From Candidatus Sericytochromatia bacterium (GTDB lineage: Bacteria; Cyanobacteriota; Sericytochromatia; S15B-MN24; VGJW01): a stretch of 64,000 bases of DNA. The translations under genes and the position numbers were made by a program. Shown here piece by piece: positions 19,694 through 28,138 of the stretch. Position 1 is the stretch's first letter. Each line of letters opens with the position of its first letter. The stretch covers positions 58,057 to 122,056 of the forward strand of contig JAYKHS010000005.1 of assembly GCA_035285865.1 (NCBI GenBank). Direction: 5' to 3'. The notes under the pieces were generated by a model. That model saw only the letters and a program-made list of their open reading frames with translations. It ran no database searches and had not been told where the DNA came from.

Positions 19694-19702
19694 AGTATAG
19701 CA
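19694..19702 (-). promoter_or_regulatory. Extended -10 promoter element (TGcTATACT) of the large lipoprotein gene
   Basis: TG-C-TATACT about 60 bp upstream of the start. Confidence 0.5.
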
Positions 19703-19808
19703 AGCATCCACGCCGCTTGTGAGGGCGCAGGTGCCGCTCGCGGTGTGATCCGGGGTACACCGGAGGATGCCCGGGTGTTCGTGCGAGCCGGATCGCGGTC
19801 CGTACGTC

Positions 19809-20831
19809 TCAGAGGCCCAGGAGCACCTGGTGGTGGCCCCATTCCTCGCCGTCGGCCACGAGATGGAGCTCCTGGAGCGCCATCAGGGCCGTGCGCCATC
19901 GGCGCCGCCAGATGGGCGCGTCGTCGCCCTTGAGCTTGCGCAACTGCTCCATCAGGGCCACCTCGCGGGTGTCCATGACCTCGATCTGGCCTTGAAGCGT
20001 CCGCGCCATATATGTGCCTGGCATCGACCACCAGGCTTCAAGTCGCCAGGGTCCCAGTTGGTTGACAAGGGTGTCCAGCGTCGTCACGTGGTAGCTTCTG
20101 ACCAGATCTTCACCAAGCCACTCCATCGGTGCCAGCGGCAGGACATGCGGCACGTCCGAATGGCTGGGCAGTTGCAGCAGCAGCGTGGATCCGGGCTCGC
20201 CCCATGAGGCGATGTTTTCGAGCAGCCTGCGATGATTCAGCCAGCGAGACGTGCCCTCAACGGCAACCATGCGTTCGAAGGTCTCGCCAGGGGCGAACTT
20301 GCTCAGCGGCGAGATCCGCACCTCGAGGTTCAGGATGCCGCGTTGCTTGGCCTGCCTCGTGACGTGGCCGGCAACTAAGGCATTGGCACAGCGGGTCACG
20401 ACCCGGCTCTGCCGGAAACGCGCGGCGAGGTGCAGCGCAATCGCCCCCAGGCCGCCGCCCAGGTCGAGGATTCGGTCGCCGTCCCTGATGCCCGAGCGCT
20501 GGACCACGAATTCGAGAGCTGCGTGCTCTGCAGGTTCGGCCTTCAGATCGTCCGCATCGGCAAACCAAGGGCCCGTCAGCATCGCGGGTCCGAGCAGGTG
20601 GGCGTGCAGCGAAGGAGGTGCAGCCCCCTCTGCATGCATCAGGCCGGCATCCGCTGCCAGCAGCGGACCCTTGGCAAGGCGCTCCAAGTGCTCGTCGACG
20701 CGCCGGGCAACGCCTTTGGTGCCCCCTTCGCGCAGGGACCGTGCCAGGGTCAGCGCTCTGCCGCGGAACTGACCCGCCATCAGGTCGTCAGGCAGAAACC
20801 CGCGATCGATCAGCCGCTCGAAGACGCCCAC
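19809..20831 (-). CDS. Divergent cyclopropane-fatty-acid-synthase-like class I SAM methyltransferase
   Basis: DGDRILDLGGGLG SAM motif; W..PGTYMARTL, RRWRTALMALQEL, GEEWGHHQ match the Cfa/CNMT-like C-terminus. Confidence 0.65.
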   Translation of the reverse strand: MGVFERLIDRGFLPDDLMAGQFRGRALTLARSLREGGTKGVARRVDEHLERLAKGPLLAADAGLMHAEGAAPPSLHAHLLGPAMLTGPWFADADDLKAEPAEHAALEFVVQRSGIRDGDRILDLGGGLGAIALHLAARFRQSRVVTRCANALVAGHVTRQAKQRGILNLEVRISPLSKFAPGETFERMVAVEGTSRWLNHRRLLENIASWGEPGSTLLLQLPSHSDVPHVLPLAPMEWLGEDLVRSYHVTTLDTLVNQLGPWRLEAWWSMPGTYMARTLQGQIEVMDTREVALMEQLRKLKGDDAPIWRRRWRTALMALQELHLVADGEEWGHHQVLLGL

Positions 20832-20996
20832 GGGATTCAGGCTCTCGCGGGTTGCGGCAGGCTTTTCGGTTTCACGGCAAGCGTCGCATTCGGTTCGGGG
20901 ATATTCCGAGAATAGCAGTACCGTCCCGGGCTTGCTTGTGCATCCCCGGGGCGGGCGGCATCATCATGCCGTCCTGTCTGCCGGGAGGGTCGCCCG

Positions 20997-21536
20997 ATGC
21001 GTATCTTGTTGCCGCTCTTCACGGGGTTCGAGGAAATCGAGGCCATCACGGTACTCGATGTCCTGCGGCGGGCTGGCCTCGAGGTCGTGACGGCAGGGCT
21101 GTCTCCCGATCCTGTCGTGGGGGCGCATGGTCTGCCGGTGCTGGCGGGACAGGCGTTGGGGGACTTCGAAGGTCAGGTTTTCGACGCGATCGTGCTTCCG
21201 GGCGGCAGCGGGACACCCCGGCTTGCCGAGAGCGAACTGCTCGGCAACATGCTCGCGCATCACGCTGCGGCCGGTCGCTGGACGGCAGCCATCTGCGCGG
21301 CGCCGACCGTGCTCGGGGCCATGGGCCTGCTTCGGGGCAAGGCGGCCACTTCGTGGCCCGGTGTCCGTGATGCGATGGGTGAGGCCGACTACCGCGAGGA
21401 TGCCGTCGTCATCGATGGTGCCTTCGTGACCAGCCGCGGTCCCGGGACGGCCATGGCTTTTGCGTTGGCGCTGGTCGAGCATTGGTGCGGATCCGGCGTG
21501 GCTGCGGAGCTTCGTCAGGCCATGGTCGTTTCTTGA
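20997..21536 (+). CDS. DJ-1/PfpI (ThiJ/YajL) family protein
   Basis: GFEEIEA..VLDVLRRAG, DAIVLPGG, AAICAAP, TSRGPGTA. Confidence 0.92.
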   Translation: MRILLPLFTGFEEIEAITVLDVLRRAGLEVVTAGLSPDPVVGAHGLPVLAGQALGDFEGQVFDAIVLPGGSGTPRLAESELLGNMLAHHAAAGRWTAAICAAPTVLGAMGLLRGKAATSWPGVRDAMGEADYREDAVVIDGAFVTSRGPGTAMAFALALVEHWCGSGVAAELRQAMVVS

Positions 21537-21617
21537 GCAGGATCTGCCCCGTTCTTTACTGAGTCGGACGCAACATCCGCGACAAATCGCTTGTCCCCCC
21601 ACGCGGAGTTTGCCCCC

Positions 21618-22034
21618 ATGCCCAAGGTCAGCGTTGCCGGTCGCCCCTTGCAGGACCGCCACCTCGTCCGACTCGCGGAAGGCCGGTTCGAGCCTGCCAA
21701 GGCCGACGCGCCGCGCAACAACGGCGACGACGTGTTCATCAAGGTCGGCCAGGACGTCTGGGTAGCTTCGGGCAGTCACATCGCGACTGACTTCCGCCCC
21801 GGTCAGGAGGCCGAGGTTGCGGGTCGGCGCGGCCTTGTCCTGCATGTTGACAAGCAGGGCGTGGCGCCGATGGCGGCGGGTGCCGTCGTGGGTGCGGCCA
21901 TCGGGGGGGCCGTGGGCCTTGCCCTGCGGGCGCCGGGTTTGGGAGCGTGGCTGGGCGGTTTCCTGGGGGCCGGGCTCAATCGGATCCGGCACGGCGAGAA
22001 CCCAGAGTACTTGAGGATTCACGCCGCCGACTGA
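21618..22034 (+). CDS. Hypothetical protein with C-terminal glycine-zipper helices
   Basis: GGAG SD before ATG 21618; AAGAVVGAAIGGAVG...GAWLGGFLGAG. Confidence 0.6.
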   Translation: MPKVSVAGRPLQDRHLVRLAEGRFEPAKADAPRNNGDDVFIKVGQDVWVASGSHIATDFRPGQEAEVAGRRGLVLHVDKQGVAPMAAGAVVGAAIGGAVGLALRAPGLGAWLGGFLGAGLNRIRHGENPEYLRIHAAD

Positions 22035-22049
22035 GTCCTGCGGTCTCGG

Positions 22050-22292
22050 TCAGTCCGCCTTGGTGGCGTACTTCGCGTCGAGGTAGCGCAGGATGTCCTC
22101 TTCGTCGGAGAGCACCGTGTCGCCGTCCACCAGCACCGGGACCGTCGGCTGGCCCGAGACTTCGAGGACCTGCTGGCGTTTGCTGCGGTCCTTGGGAATG
22201 TTGACGCATACGTAGGTCAGAAGCAGGTCGCTCATGCGCTGCCGGACCATCTGGCAGTAGGGGCAGCTCTCGAACTGATACAAGGTCATCAT
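22050..22292 (-). CDS. Glutaredoxin / GST N-terminal domain protein
   Basis: TLYQFESCPYC, VSGQPTVPVLVD, DILRYL. Confidence 0.88.
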   Translation of the reverse strand: MMTLYQFESCPYCQMVRQRMSDLLLTYVCVNIPKDRSKRQQVLEVSGQPTVPVLVDGDTVLSDEEDILRYLDAKYATKAD

Positions 22293-22422
22293 CGGGCGAG
22301 TTTCTCCACGCTTAACCTGAAAGCCTTCAAGCTTAAGCATAACTTAGTTCCGGCATGCGTCAGCCGCTCTCCGGGAGATGCGATAGAACCGGTGTTCCCT
22401 TCTCCGGAACAGGAGGCACCCA

Positions 22423-23187
22423 ATGGCTACCGCTCACCTGATGCCGATCGACAGTGGCAGGCTGTCGGCGCGCAAGCTTCGGGCGCCGTCCGCACAGGGT
22501 CATGAGCGCCCGGGACGCGGACCGGCATTTGCCTACGTGCTGCAGCCTCAGGACACCCTGTATGCGGTGGCCCGCGCCAGTGGCGTTCCCTTGGCAGAGT
22601 TGATGCGTCGCAACCCGTCCATCCAGGGGGCGACGCCGCGCCCCGGTGAGCGCCTGTGGATCCCCGATCTTCTCCCGGCTTCTGCAGGTGATCCGGTCAC
22701 GTCTCTGGCGGCTCGCGTCGCGGCAGGTGGCGAAATTCGCATCTCCCCGGATCGGCGCTTCGTCGCGGTCCTCGATGCCACTTTGGCGGACAGGCCCAAT
22801 GCCGTCACGGTCTACGAGCGCAAGGCGGCCCGTCGCCTTGCGGTTCCGCAGGCGGCCCCCCACTACATCTGGAAGCGCCTTTCGTGGACGCCAGACGGCT
22901 ATCTGCTGGCCATCGAGGGCTCGCGGCAGACCCGGGATGCCGAAGGCGGCGTCCTGTCGGCATTCGACCCCGTCACCGCGGACAAGGGCGTGCTGCTGAC
23001 GCCACAGTTGGCCTTGGCTGACCTGGAGTCGGAGGGTTTCGACCCGGCCCTTGCCGAGGTTGTCGGCTTCAAGCCGGTAAAGCGGCGCATCCAGTATCGG
23101 CTCGCGTTCATCGAACAGGGTGAGCGGCAGCTTCGGCACAGCGACTGGGAAGTCGATCTGGACAGCGGAATCCGCCGGCGGATCTGA
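22423..23187 (+). CDS. LysM-domain protein with short beta-propeller-like (ISPD/WTPDG) repeats
   Basis: YVLQPQDTLYAVAR..GV.LAELMRRNP...PGERLWIP; AGGAGG SD. Confidence 0.75.
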   Translation: MATAHLMPIDSGRLSARKLRAPSAQGHERPGRGPAFAYVLQPQDTLYAVARASGVPLAELMRRNPSIQGATPRPGERLWIPDLLPASAGDPVTSLAARVAAGGEIRISPDRRFVAVLDATLADRPNAVTVYERKAARRLAVPQAAPHYIWKRLSWTPDGYLLAIEGSRQTRDAEGGVLSAFDPVTADKGVLLTPQLALADLESEGFDPALAEVVGFKPVKRRIQYRLAFIEQGERQLRHSDWEVDLDSGIRRRI

Positions 23188-23221
23188 CATCCGGCGACCC
23201 GGCTCGTTTCTTGCGGGGGCC

Positions 23222-24574
23222 TCAACCTTCCAGGTCGAGGCCCTCGATCACGAGTGCCGGGCAGCGGACGCATCCGAGAAAGCTGGACTGGATCAGGGTT
23301 TCGCTCCCGATGGCGACCACGCCCTTGAGCACGTCGAGGATGCTCTGCGTGAAGCGGGCGTTGCGCAAGGCCCCGACGATCCGGCCCCCGCGGACCTCCA
23401 GCACGCCGTCGCGCGTCAGGCCCGTGATGCGCGTGGACCGTGGATCCAGCACCGAAGTGTAGTGAAACCGGGTGATGAGCAATCCGTCGCCAAGCGCCTG
23501 GAGCATCGCCTCGCGGTCGGTCGGTCCCGCAAGCATGTCCAGGTGCATCGGGAATGGACCATAGGGATTGGGCGGCGGCAGGGCGTGCCCCGTCGAGGAG
23601 CGGCCGGATCGGAACGCCGAGCGGGCATCGTGCACGCAGTCTCCGGCCATTCCCGCCCTCAGCAGGTCCACCTGCTGCTTCGGTACCCCCTCGTGATCGA
23701 AGGGCAGTGCAGGCATCAGGGGATCGAGGCCATTGTCCCGAAGCGTCACGCAGCGCGCGACGACCGGGTCGCTACCCGGCGATACCAGAAATGAGGTGCC
23801 CTGGGCGACGGCCGTGGCCCCGAAGCTCGTAAAGGCCAGCATCGTGAGCAGGTCGGCCACGGCATAGGGCTCCAGCATGACCCGATGGCGCCCGGCGAGC
23901 GGTATCGCCGTGGGATGGCCTGCAAGGGTCCGCGCAAGCGCCTCCTTCGCGAGTCGTTCGGGCACGACGGTCCGGTGATCGGGCGTCAAGCGCGCGGCGT
24001 ATCCGCTGGCCTCTTTCCTTTCGGTGACGACGGACCACTCCGCGCGGGATCCCGCGTGATGCGCCCAAACGCCCCGGGAGTTGCGGACGGCGACGACCCG
24101 GCATTCCGTGGCGTGGTGTCCCGAGGCTTCGCTGCCTGAACCCGTGACGACCGCCATCAAGCGTCGTATGGCGTCCTCGCGCTCCTCGGGCGTGACATGC
24201 AAGGTGGCCGGGTGGCATGTGGCGGGGATGGGCGACCAAGGCAGGGGTTGCGCAAGGCCCGGGAAGCCCGGGTCCGGTGGCTGTGCGGCGGCCATGGCTA
24301 CCGCTCGGTGCGTCACGCGTTCGAGGCCGATCCGAGTCAGGTCCGTCGTGGTCGCGACGCCGACACTGCGGCCACGAATCGCGCGGACCCTGACTTCGAG
24401 GGAGCGTTCGCCCGTGTGCTGCAGGATGTTGCCCCGGCTGAACCGGGCCAGTTGCTGGTCGGTGCCCATGACGACGATCTCGGCCTCGTCTGCGTGGCAC
24501 ATGTCGATCGCCTCGGCCGTCAAGGTGGACAGCGTGGCCTCATCCCAGCCGTTCAGGGGGTCTTGCGTGGTCAT
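23222..24574 (-). CDS. pmbA: TldD/PmbA family protein, PmbA/TldE-like partner
   Basis: VMLEPYAVADLL, PFDHEG, STGHA, TGLTRDG, NARF; lacks HExxH; coupled to tldD (ATGA). Confidence 0.8.
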   Translation of the reverse strand: MTTQDPLNGWDEATLSTLTAEAIDMCHADEAEIVVMGTDQQLARFSRGNILQHTGERSLEVRVRAIRGRSVGVATTTDLTRIGLERVTHRAVAMAAAQPPDPGFPGLAQPLPWSPIPATCHPATLHVTPEEREDAIRRLMAVVTGSGSEASGHHATECRVVAVRNSRGVWAHHAGSRAEWSVVTERKEASGYAARLTPDHRTVVPERLAKEALARTLAGHPTAIPLAGRHRVMLEPYAVADLLTMLAFTSFGATAVAQGTSFLVSPGSDPVVARCVTLRDNGLDPLMPALPFDHEGVPKQQVDLLRAGMAGDCVHDARSAFRSGRSSTGHALPPPNPYGPFPMHLDMLAGPTDREAMLQALGDGLLITRFHYTSVLDPRSTRITGLTRDGVLEVRGGRIVGALRNARFTQSILDVLKGVVAIGSETLIQSSFLGCVRCPALVIEGLDLEG

Positions 24575-26010
24575 GGCCCGACCTTGACGTTCCGGAATCG
24601 CGCAGCGGGCGTGCCGTGGCTCACGCGTGCGAACTGGCGGGGTTGGCCTTTGCCGCAATGGGGCACGGACCAGAGCGACCATGTTCCCGGTCCACCCAGA
24701 GCATCAAGAGACCGCCAGAAGTCCTGTGTGCGTCCCTGATAGCTCGGCCGGGAAAGGATTCGGCCCAGCCGGCCCTTGCGGATTTCCCACGCGATCTCCG
24801 TGCCGAACCTGAAGTTTTCCCGTCGGTCATCGATGGACCACGACTGGTTGGTGGCCATGTAGACACCTTCGTCCACGTCCGCGATCAGGGCCTCGAGGTC
24901 GGGATGGGTCCCTGGCTCCAGATGGATGTTGGGCATTCGGATCAGGGGCAGGCGTTGCCAGCCTGCCGCCCGGGCCACGCCACCGGGCACAAGGCCGGAC
25001 AGGGCGGCGGTTTCGCGGTTGCTCAGCAGGCCTGAGAGCCGTCCTTCGATGAAGAGCGGAAATCGGGTCGCCGGCACACCCTCGTCGTCGAAGCCGTAGG
25101 TGCCGAGGCCCCCGGGGGTCGTTGCATCGGCCCAGACGTGGACCAGAGGGCTGCCGAGGTCGAGGAGACCAACGTCGTCAGGGCCGATGAAACTGCCTCC
25201 TGCGAACGAGACCTCATGGCCCAGGATGCGGTCGTGCTCTACGGCATGGGCGAGGGATTCGTGCAATTGGATGGCCATTTGCGAGCCATCGAGGACCAGT
25301 GTGGTCCTGCCGTCCGGCAGCACGGGCGCCGTGCAGAGCCGGACGGCCTCTTCGGCGATGCGCGGTGCAGCGGCAGGCAGGTCGAGGTCGAGGACGCGTT
25401 CGAAGCCACCGGTCCAGCCGTGATGGCCGCGGGCATCCGGGTACGACCGTGCCGCAGACTGCCCGTCCACCTCGGCTCGAGCCTCGAGTGCACAGGCCGT
25501 TTCCGTCAGCGTCTGCTCCACCCAGGCCCCTTCCGTACTCCCGAAGACTTTGTGGTGCCGGTCCCAGGCCAACATCGCCTGACGGACCCGGATGTTCGGT
25601 ACGGCGGCCATCGCGGCGTCGGCCGAGGCGATCAGGGCCAGCTTCTCCTCGAGCGGTACGGTGAAGGGGTCGATCGCGAAGGGTGTATGGAAGTGTCCGC
25701 GGCTGCGCACCGAGGCACCGAGGGATACGGCGCGGCGGCTTGCCTGAGCGGATGCCCGCGCGATGGCGATGGCTCGGGCCGTGGCGGCCTCGACCTCGGC
25801 CCGACGCAGGTCCGAGGTGGCCGCAAAGCCCCAAGCGTGGCCTACGAGCACCCGTATCCCCAGGCCGACGCTCTCTTCCGACGAAAGACGCGTCACATCT
25901 CCGTTGACCATGGTGATCGTCTCGGACTGGGTCCGGACGAACCTGCCATCGGCGTAGGTGACCCGTTCTGCGGCGCACGTATCGAGACACCACTCCAGGA
26001 CCTCGCGCAT
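24571..26010 (-). CDS. tldD: Metalloprotease TldD
   Basis: GLGIRVL..HAWGFA, LHESLAHAVEHDR (HExxxH), DDEG, RMPN, SWSIDDRR.NF.FG, CGKGQP. Confidence 0.9.
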   Translation of the reverse strand: MREVLEWCLDTCAAERVTYADGRFVRTQSETITMVNGDVTRLSSEESVGLGIRVLVGHAWGFAATSDLRRAEVEAATARAIAIARASAQASRRAVSLGASVRSRGHFHTPFAIDPFTVPLEEKLALIASADAAMAAVPNIRVRQAMLAWDRHHKVFGSTEGAWVEQTLTETACALEARAEVDGQSAARSYPDARGHHGWTGGFERVLDLDLPAAAPRIAEEAVRLCTAPVLPDGRTTLVLDGSQMAIQLHESLAHAVEHDRILGHEVSFAGGSFIGPDDVGLLDLGSPLVHVWADATTPGGLGTYGFDDEGVPATRFPLFIEGRLSGLLSNRETAALSGLVPGGVARAAGWQRLPLIRMPNIHLEPGTHPDLEALIADVDEGVYMATNQSWSIDDRRENFRFGTEIAWEIRKGRLGRILSRPSYQGRTQDFWRSLDALGGPGTWSLWSVPHCGKGQPRQFARVSHGTPAARFRNVKVGP

Positions 26011-26068
26011 GGTCCCTATCCTACCCCGTGGCTCCGGGCGCAGGCGTGCCTTTGTTACAATGGACCCC

Positions 26069-26992
26069 ATGGCCGATCCTGCTTCGCTCGCTGCCGCCGA
26101 CGTCCTCGTCAAGGTCACGGCCGCTGACGAACGCATCCGGGTCCTGGTCGTGCGCTGCACGGGTGTTGTCAATGAGGCACATCGTCGGCATCAGACCTCG
26201 CCGCTGGCATCGGTGGCGCTGGGTCGGGCCCTTGCGGGGGGCCTGTTGCTGTCGGCCGCCCTGATGAAGGATCAGGGACGCCTGACCATCCGTGTCGTCG
26301 GCAAGGGGCCATTGGGCGGCATTCTGGTCGATGCCGGGCATGACGGTTCGGTCCGCGGCTACGTGGCCCATCCCGACGTGGATCTGCCTCTGACTGACGG
26401 TGGTCTGCTGGCCGTGGGGCAGGCCGTGGGGCGTGACGGCTTCATGTATGTCACGCATGACTCGGGCGAGGCGACATACACGGGTGTCGTCGAACTGGTC
26501 TCCGGTGAACTCGGCGATGACTTCACCCATTACCTCGCTCACTCCGAGCAGATACCCGCGGCGGTGTCTCTGGGTACGCAGGTTTCCGGCGAGGGCGAGA
26601 TCGATGTCGCCGGCGGCTTGCTGGTGCAGTTGCTTCCCGGCGCGGGCGACGAGATTGCGTGGCGACTAGAGCAGAACGTCAAGGCCATGCCGCCCTTCAG
26701 CCATCTGGCGCGCTCTGGTGCCGATCCTTACGAGATCGCCCTCGCGGCGCTGGGCGGATTCAATGCCACGCTGGTTTCCCGTCAGGATGTCCGTTTCCAT
26801 TGCCAGTGCTCCGAAGAGCGCGTGCACCGGGCCTTGGCCTCGCTGGGGGCCGCCGAGATCGAGGCGATGATCGCGGAAGACGGGAAGGCCGAAGTACGCT
26901 GCCACTTCTGCAACATGCACTACCAACTCTCCGCCGAACAACTTGGTGCGCTTGCTGCCAGCCTCGTGTCCGGGGACGATGACGCGCCCTGA
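26069..26992 (+). CDS. hslO: Redox-regulated chaperone Hsp33
   Basis: ALGRAL, GPLGGILVDA..DG.VRGY, LVSGE, SEQIP, AGGLLVQLLPG, CxCS...CHFC zinc motif. Confidence 0.95.
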   Translation: MADPASLAAADVLVKVTAADERIRVLVVRCTGVVNEAHRRHQTSPLASVALGRALAGGLLLSAALMKDQGRLTIRVVGKGPLGGILVDAGHDGSVRGYVAHPDVDLPLTDGGLLAVGQAVGRDGFMYVTHDSGEATYTGVVELVSGELGDDFTHYLAHSEQIPAAVSLGTQVSGEGEIDVAGGLLVQLLPGAGDEIAWRLEQNVKAMPPFSHLARSGADPYEIALAALGGFNATLVSRQDVRFHCQCSEERVHRALASLGAAEIEAMIAEDGKAEVRCHFCNMHYQLSAEQLGALAASLVSGDDDAP

Positions 26993-27683
26993 GGCGCCTC
27001 GGGGCATCTGCCTCGTCGGAAACACGCACGTCCGGACCTTCCGGGTGCGGGGCGGGGCGCTGGAACCTGTCGCGGCACTGCCCACGGCTACCCTTCTGTC
27101 CGGGGCCCCCGCGCGAGATCTGGCGCTTGATGCGGGCTTTGTCGGTGTCTCGGTGGTGCCCGCCGTGGAGCGATTGCCCGCGCTCGCCGATGTCACGTGG
27201 CTCAGGGCGACGCAGTCGCCGATGCCGCTTCGCTATGCCGAGCCCGAGACGCTCGGGACGGATCGCCTCGCGGCTGCCTGGGGCGCGTGGTGTCTGCTTG
27301 GGGGACCGGTGCTGGTGGTCGATGTCGGCACGGCCACAACGTTGTCGCTGGTGGGGGGCGACGGGGTGTTCGAGGGGGGGGCAATCACGCTTGGCGTGGG
27401 GGCCACGCTCGAGGCCCTCGGCCATCGAGGAGCGCGGTTGCCGGTCGTCACCGCAGGGCTCCCCGAACAGGGTCCCGCGCGGGATACCGAGGCGGCCATC
27501 CGTCAGGGCGTCGTCCGCGGGCATGCCCACCTCATTGTCGGCCTCGCCGGTGAACTGGCTCCCGGAGTGCCGCGCGTTCTGACGGGCGGAGCTGCCACGT
27601 TGTTGCGGCCCCTGTTGCCCGGGTTTCTGCACGTCCCTGATTTGCAGGCCCGAGGCGCCCTTGCGTGGGCCTGTGCTCGATGA
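26979..27683 (+). CDS. coaX: Type III pantothenate kinase
   Basis: GNT, SVVP, LGTDR, VVDVGTATT, GGAI..G, T..AI..G, LTGG. Confidence 0.88.
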   Translation: MTRPEAPRGICLVGNTHVRTFRVRGGALEPVAALPTATLLSGAPARDLALDAGFVGVSVVPAVERLPALADVTWLRATQSPMPLRYAEPETLGTDRLAAAWGAWCLLGGPVLVVDVGTATTLSLVGGDGVFEGGAITLGVGATLEALGHRGARLPVVTAGLPEQGPARDTEAAIRQGVVRGHAHLIVGLAGELAPGVPRVLTGGAATLLRPLLPGFLHVPDLQARGALAWACAR

Positions 27684-28138
27684 GTGGCGATTCCTCGGAG
27701 GGTTCGTTGCGGGCGCATCACGTCATGTGCGTCACGACGTTTGCGGGCAAGGGCTATTCGCCTGGCTTCGTGCAGGAGATGACGCGTGTATGGCGCGGCA
27801 TCCGCGCGGGCGAGGTGCAGCGGGTGCGGGTCACGGCCGAGGCCGACCCGGTCTGCGGGGCCTGCCCGCATCTGCAGGATGCGGAAGATCCGCGCAGCTG
27901 CCGGTTCCACGCCTCGACTTCGTCACGCGACCATCGCATGCTCGCGACCATGGGCTGGACCGAAGGTCAGGAAATCGATCTGGTCCAGGCACTCGACGTG
28001 GTGCATGAACAACACGCGAGTTTGATGGAGCAGGTCTGCACGGGATGCAACTGGGTGTCCATCTGCTCTGCTCGGCGCTTCACGCTGCGTGAGCCGGGCT
28101 TTGATCCCCTCGAAGGTGAGGGGCCGGAGCGCGCCTGA
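27680..28138 (+). CDS. DUF1284-like Cys/His-rich metal-binding protein
   Basis: LRAHHVMC...GKGYS.GFV, D.VCGACP, C.GC.W..IC. Confidence 0.8.
   Translation: MSGDSSEGSLRAHHVMCVTTFAGKGYSPGFVQEMTRVWRGIRAGEVQRVRVTAEADPVCGACPHLQDAEDPRSCRFHASTSSRDHRMLATMGWTEGQEIDLVQALDVVHEQHASLMEQVCTGCNWVSICSARRFTLREPGFDPLEGEGPERA

Noticed and set aside
23222..26010. tldD-pmbA as part of a RiPP cluster
   Set aside because: No precursor peptide, YcaO or other modification enzyme is nearby; ordinary housekeeping pair
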